Source: Escherichia phage DCP80
Strand: one strand, 5' to 3'
Sequence record: PQ671644.1
DNA length: 64,000 nt
The position numbers were made by a program, and so were the translations under genes. This document shows, piece after piece, positions 62,653 to 64,000 of the stretch. Position 1 is the first letter of the stretch; each line of letters opens with the position of its first letter. Below the pieces are notes generated by a model. The model searched no databases. It worked only from the letters and a program-made list of their open reading frames with translations, and was not told the origin of the DNA.

Positions 62653-63092
62653 CAGTTAATACCTTGGCGTGCTTTCTCTTTAGCTACACATTTATTAATA
62701 TAGCTCAGACGGTTTTGAGCAGAACGCTGATACATATCACGATACTCATTAGCTTTTGGAGAACCCGTCTCCGCTGCCTGATAAGCTTCCGCGCGCATGA
62801 TGTTTATCTGCATATTGATGTATGACATGCAGACCTGCGAAATCTGGTTAACAGTATCCAGGTCATTTTGTCGCTTGGTTTCTGCTNNNNNNNNNNNNNN
62901 NNNNNNNNNNNNNNNNNNNNNNNNNNNNNNNNNNNNNNNNAGATTGGTTGCAAGACTGTGCTCACCAACAAGCCATAATGAGTATGTTTGAACATCCAGA
63001 CCATAATTTCTGTCTTTATGAACTCGTACACCCATTACTTCAAATTGTTCACTCGCCTTTTCTACTGCATCCAGGAAATCATCTTTAGTCAT
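62652..63092 (-). CDS. Hypothetical protein interrupted by the N54 gap (could be two gene fragments)
   Basis: The frame stays open across 54 N. The N-terminal part MTKDDFLDAVEKASEQFE... starts at M5 of the track ORF. Confidence 0.35.
   Translation of the reverse strand: MTKDDFLDAVEKASEQFEVMGVRVHKDRNYGLDVQTYSLWLVGEHSLATNXXXXXXXXXXXXXXXXXXXAETKRQNDLDTVNQISQVCMSYINMQINIMRAEAYQAAETGSPKANEYRDMYQRSAQNRLSYINKCVAKEKARQGIN
62887..62940. other. Assembly gap (N54)
   Basis: Run of n. Confidence 1.
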
Positions 63093-63093
63093 G

Positions 63094-63462
63094 TTAGACC
63101 CCAAAAGTTGCTTTAATCAGTGCAATGACTTCTGCTGCATTTTTGTGATTGACTTGCACATGAATGGTTTGAGTATCAACATCAGGAGCATCACCATCAA
63201 CTTCCAGGAAGTGACAGAATTCCCATTCAGCGAGTTCAAAGTACTCATCAACATCACCCATACTATTCAGGATGGTGCCATCTTTCATTTCAACTTTTTC
63301 AACAAAATAATCACCTTCAATATAACACATATCCAGGACTTTGAAGGAATTGCCATGTTGTTCCATCAACTTGACCATGCACGAATTATCATCAGGACTA
63401 CCAGCGATGAATTGTTTTTTAGCAGCAGGGTCTAATACGTAAAATTTACCAGTTTCCATCAT
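63094..63462 (-). CDS. Hypothetical acidic protein (122 aa)
   Basis: Start at M24 with SD gagga. Paralogue of the partial gene at 63811..64000 (GD.D.YFEL.E.EF.CF.E). Confidence 0.5.
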   Translation of the reverse strand: MMETGKFYVLDPAAKKQFIAGSPDDNSCMVKLMEQHGNSFKVLDMCYIEGDYFVEKVEMKDGTILNSMGDVDEYFELAEWEFCHFLEVDGDAPDVDTQTIHVQVNHKNAAEVIALIKATFGV

Positions 63463-63520
63463 TTTAATTTCCTCATTTTTGTTGAGGGAACATATTATCA
63501 TGTTCCCGTTGGTTTGTATA

Positions 63521-63748
63521 TTAAGCTTCAATCAAATTCATATAAAATTTAGCGTCTTCCGGGTGCATCCCTTCGCAATATTCATTTTGCATAAAGCGGG
63601 TAAGGTCTTCAAGAGGACCTTGAACTTCAATTTGAATACTAAAGAATTGGGTATCTTTAATGTAAGTCATACACAAAGAAGGATACCGATTACGAATAAC
63701 TTCGTAAGTGTATTCAAAATCAACGATATCAATATTAACCTTAGCCAT
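63521..63748 (-). CDS. Hypothetical protein (75 aa)
   Basis: ORF with SD gagga, downstream of an early promoter. Confidence 0.5.
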   Translation of the reverse strand: MAKVNIDIVDFEYTYEVIRNRYPSLCMTYIKDTQFFSIQIEVQGPLEDLTRFMQNEYCEGMHPEDAKFYMNLIEA

Positions 63749-63777
63749 TTTATTTTCCTCATGTAGTTGATAGGTCT

Positions 63778-63807
63778 ATAATAACATAATCATAGACCCG
63801 TTGTAAA
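63778..63807 (-). promoter_or_regulatory. T4-early-type promoter
   Basis: aGTTTACA-18nt-TATTAT followed by the leader tatcaactacatgagg. Confidence 0.5.
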
Positions 63808-63810
63808 CTG

Positions 63811-64000
63811 CTATTTGAAAGCTTTTTGCAGAAGTTCAATGATTTGGTCGACGTTATTAGCATCTACAACACAATTAATAGAAACCGCCCCCGAAGGTGT
63901 TTTTGTATAATTGGAGTATTCACGGAAGCAATAAAACTCTTCTTCACTAAGTTCAAAATAATCATCACCCATACCATCATCATTATAGATTGCACCATTA
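63811..64000 (-). CDS. Hypothetical protein, 5' end outside the window
   Basis: ...AIYNDDGMGDDYFELSEEEFYCFREY...IIELLQKAFK, stop at 63811-63813. Confidence 0.45.
   Translation of the reverse strand, partial: NGAIYNDDGMGDDYFELSEEEFYCFREYSNYTKTPSGAVSINCVVDANNVDQIIELLQKAFK

Noticed and set aside
1-64000. Lysogeny or mobile-element functions (integrase, repressor, transposase, att sites)
   Set aside because: No ORF shows tyrosine or serine recombinase, CI/Cro-type or transposase motifs. The only mobile-type genes are the two HNH endonucleases.

Overview
Phage DNA, about 40% GC by eye, with no cellular genes. The window is a draft scaffold of six blocks separated by N runs at 30711-30720, 40994-41040, 49791-49800, 56743-56760 and 62887-62940. 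Several genes are truncated at these gaps. Block 1 (1-30710) is a complete lambda-style siphovirus virion, packaging and lysis module. It encodes a GpA-type large terminase, a gpW-like protein, a lambda-type portal and an HK97-type protease-scaffold-capsid ORF. Its tail genes run tube, G/GT chaperone with a -1 frameshift site, tape measure, M/L/K-position proteins and a J-like tip, plus two fibre proteins. It also encodes T4 gp49 (Endo VII) and T4 lysozyme homologues, a displaced Nu1-like small terminase and a minus-strand cluster of small genes. This block is driven by T4-type signals: about 12 TATAAATA late promoters, a GTTTACA-type early promoter and C(UUCG)G hairpins. Its first 111 nt are identical to its last 111 nt. 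Blocks 2-6 carry T4-type early, replication and recombination genes: motA, 52, ndd-like, denB-like, rIIB, rIIA, 39 (fused 39+60), 47, 46, 45, 44, 62, uvsX, 40-like, 41, dmd-like and sp-like. Blocks 2 and 3 hold two diverged copies of a roughly 6-7 kb rIIA-rIIB block in inverted orientation around gene 39. One copy has an HNH-AP2 endonuclease insertion and small-gene indels. I found no tRNA, CRISPR, integrase, repressor, sheath or baseplate genes. The most interesting question is whether the 30.6-kb lambda-like block, which lacks replication genes and uses T4 signals, is part of a hybrid phage or a separate helper-dependent element. This window alone cannot decide that.
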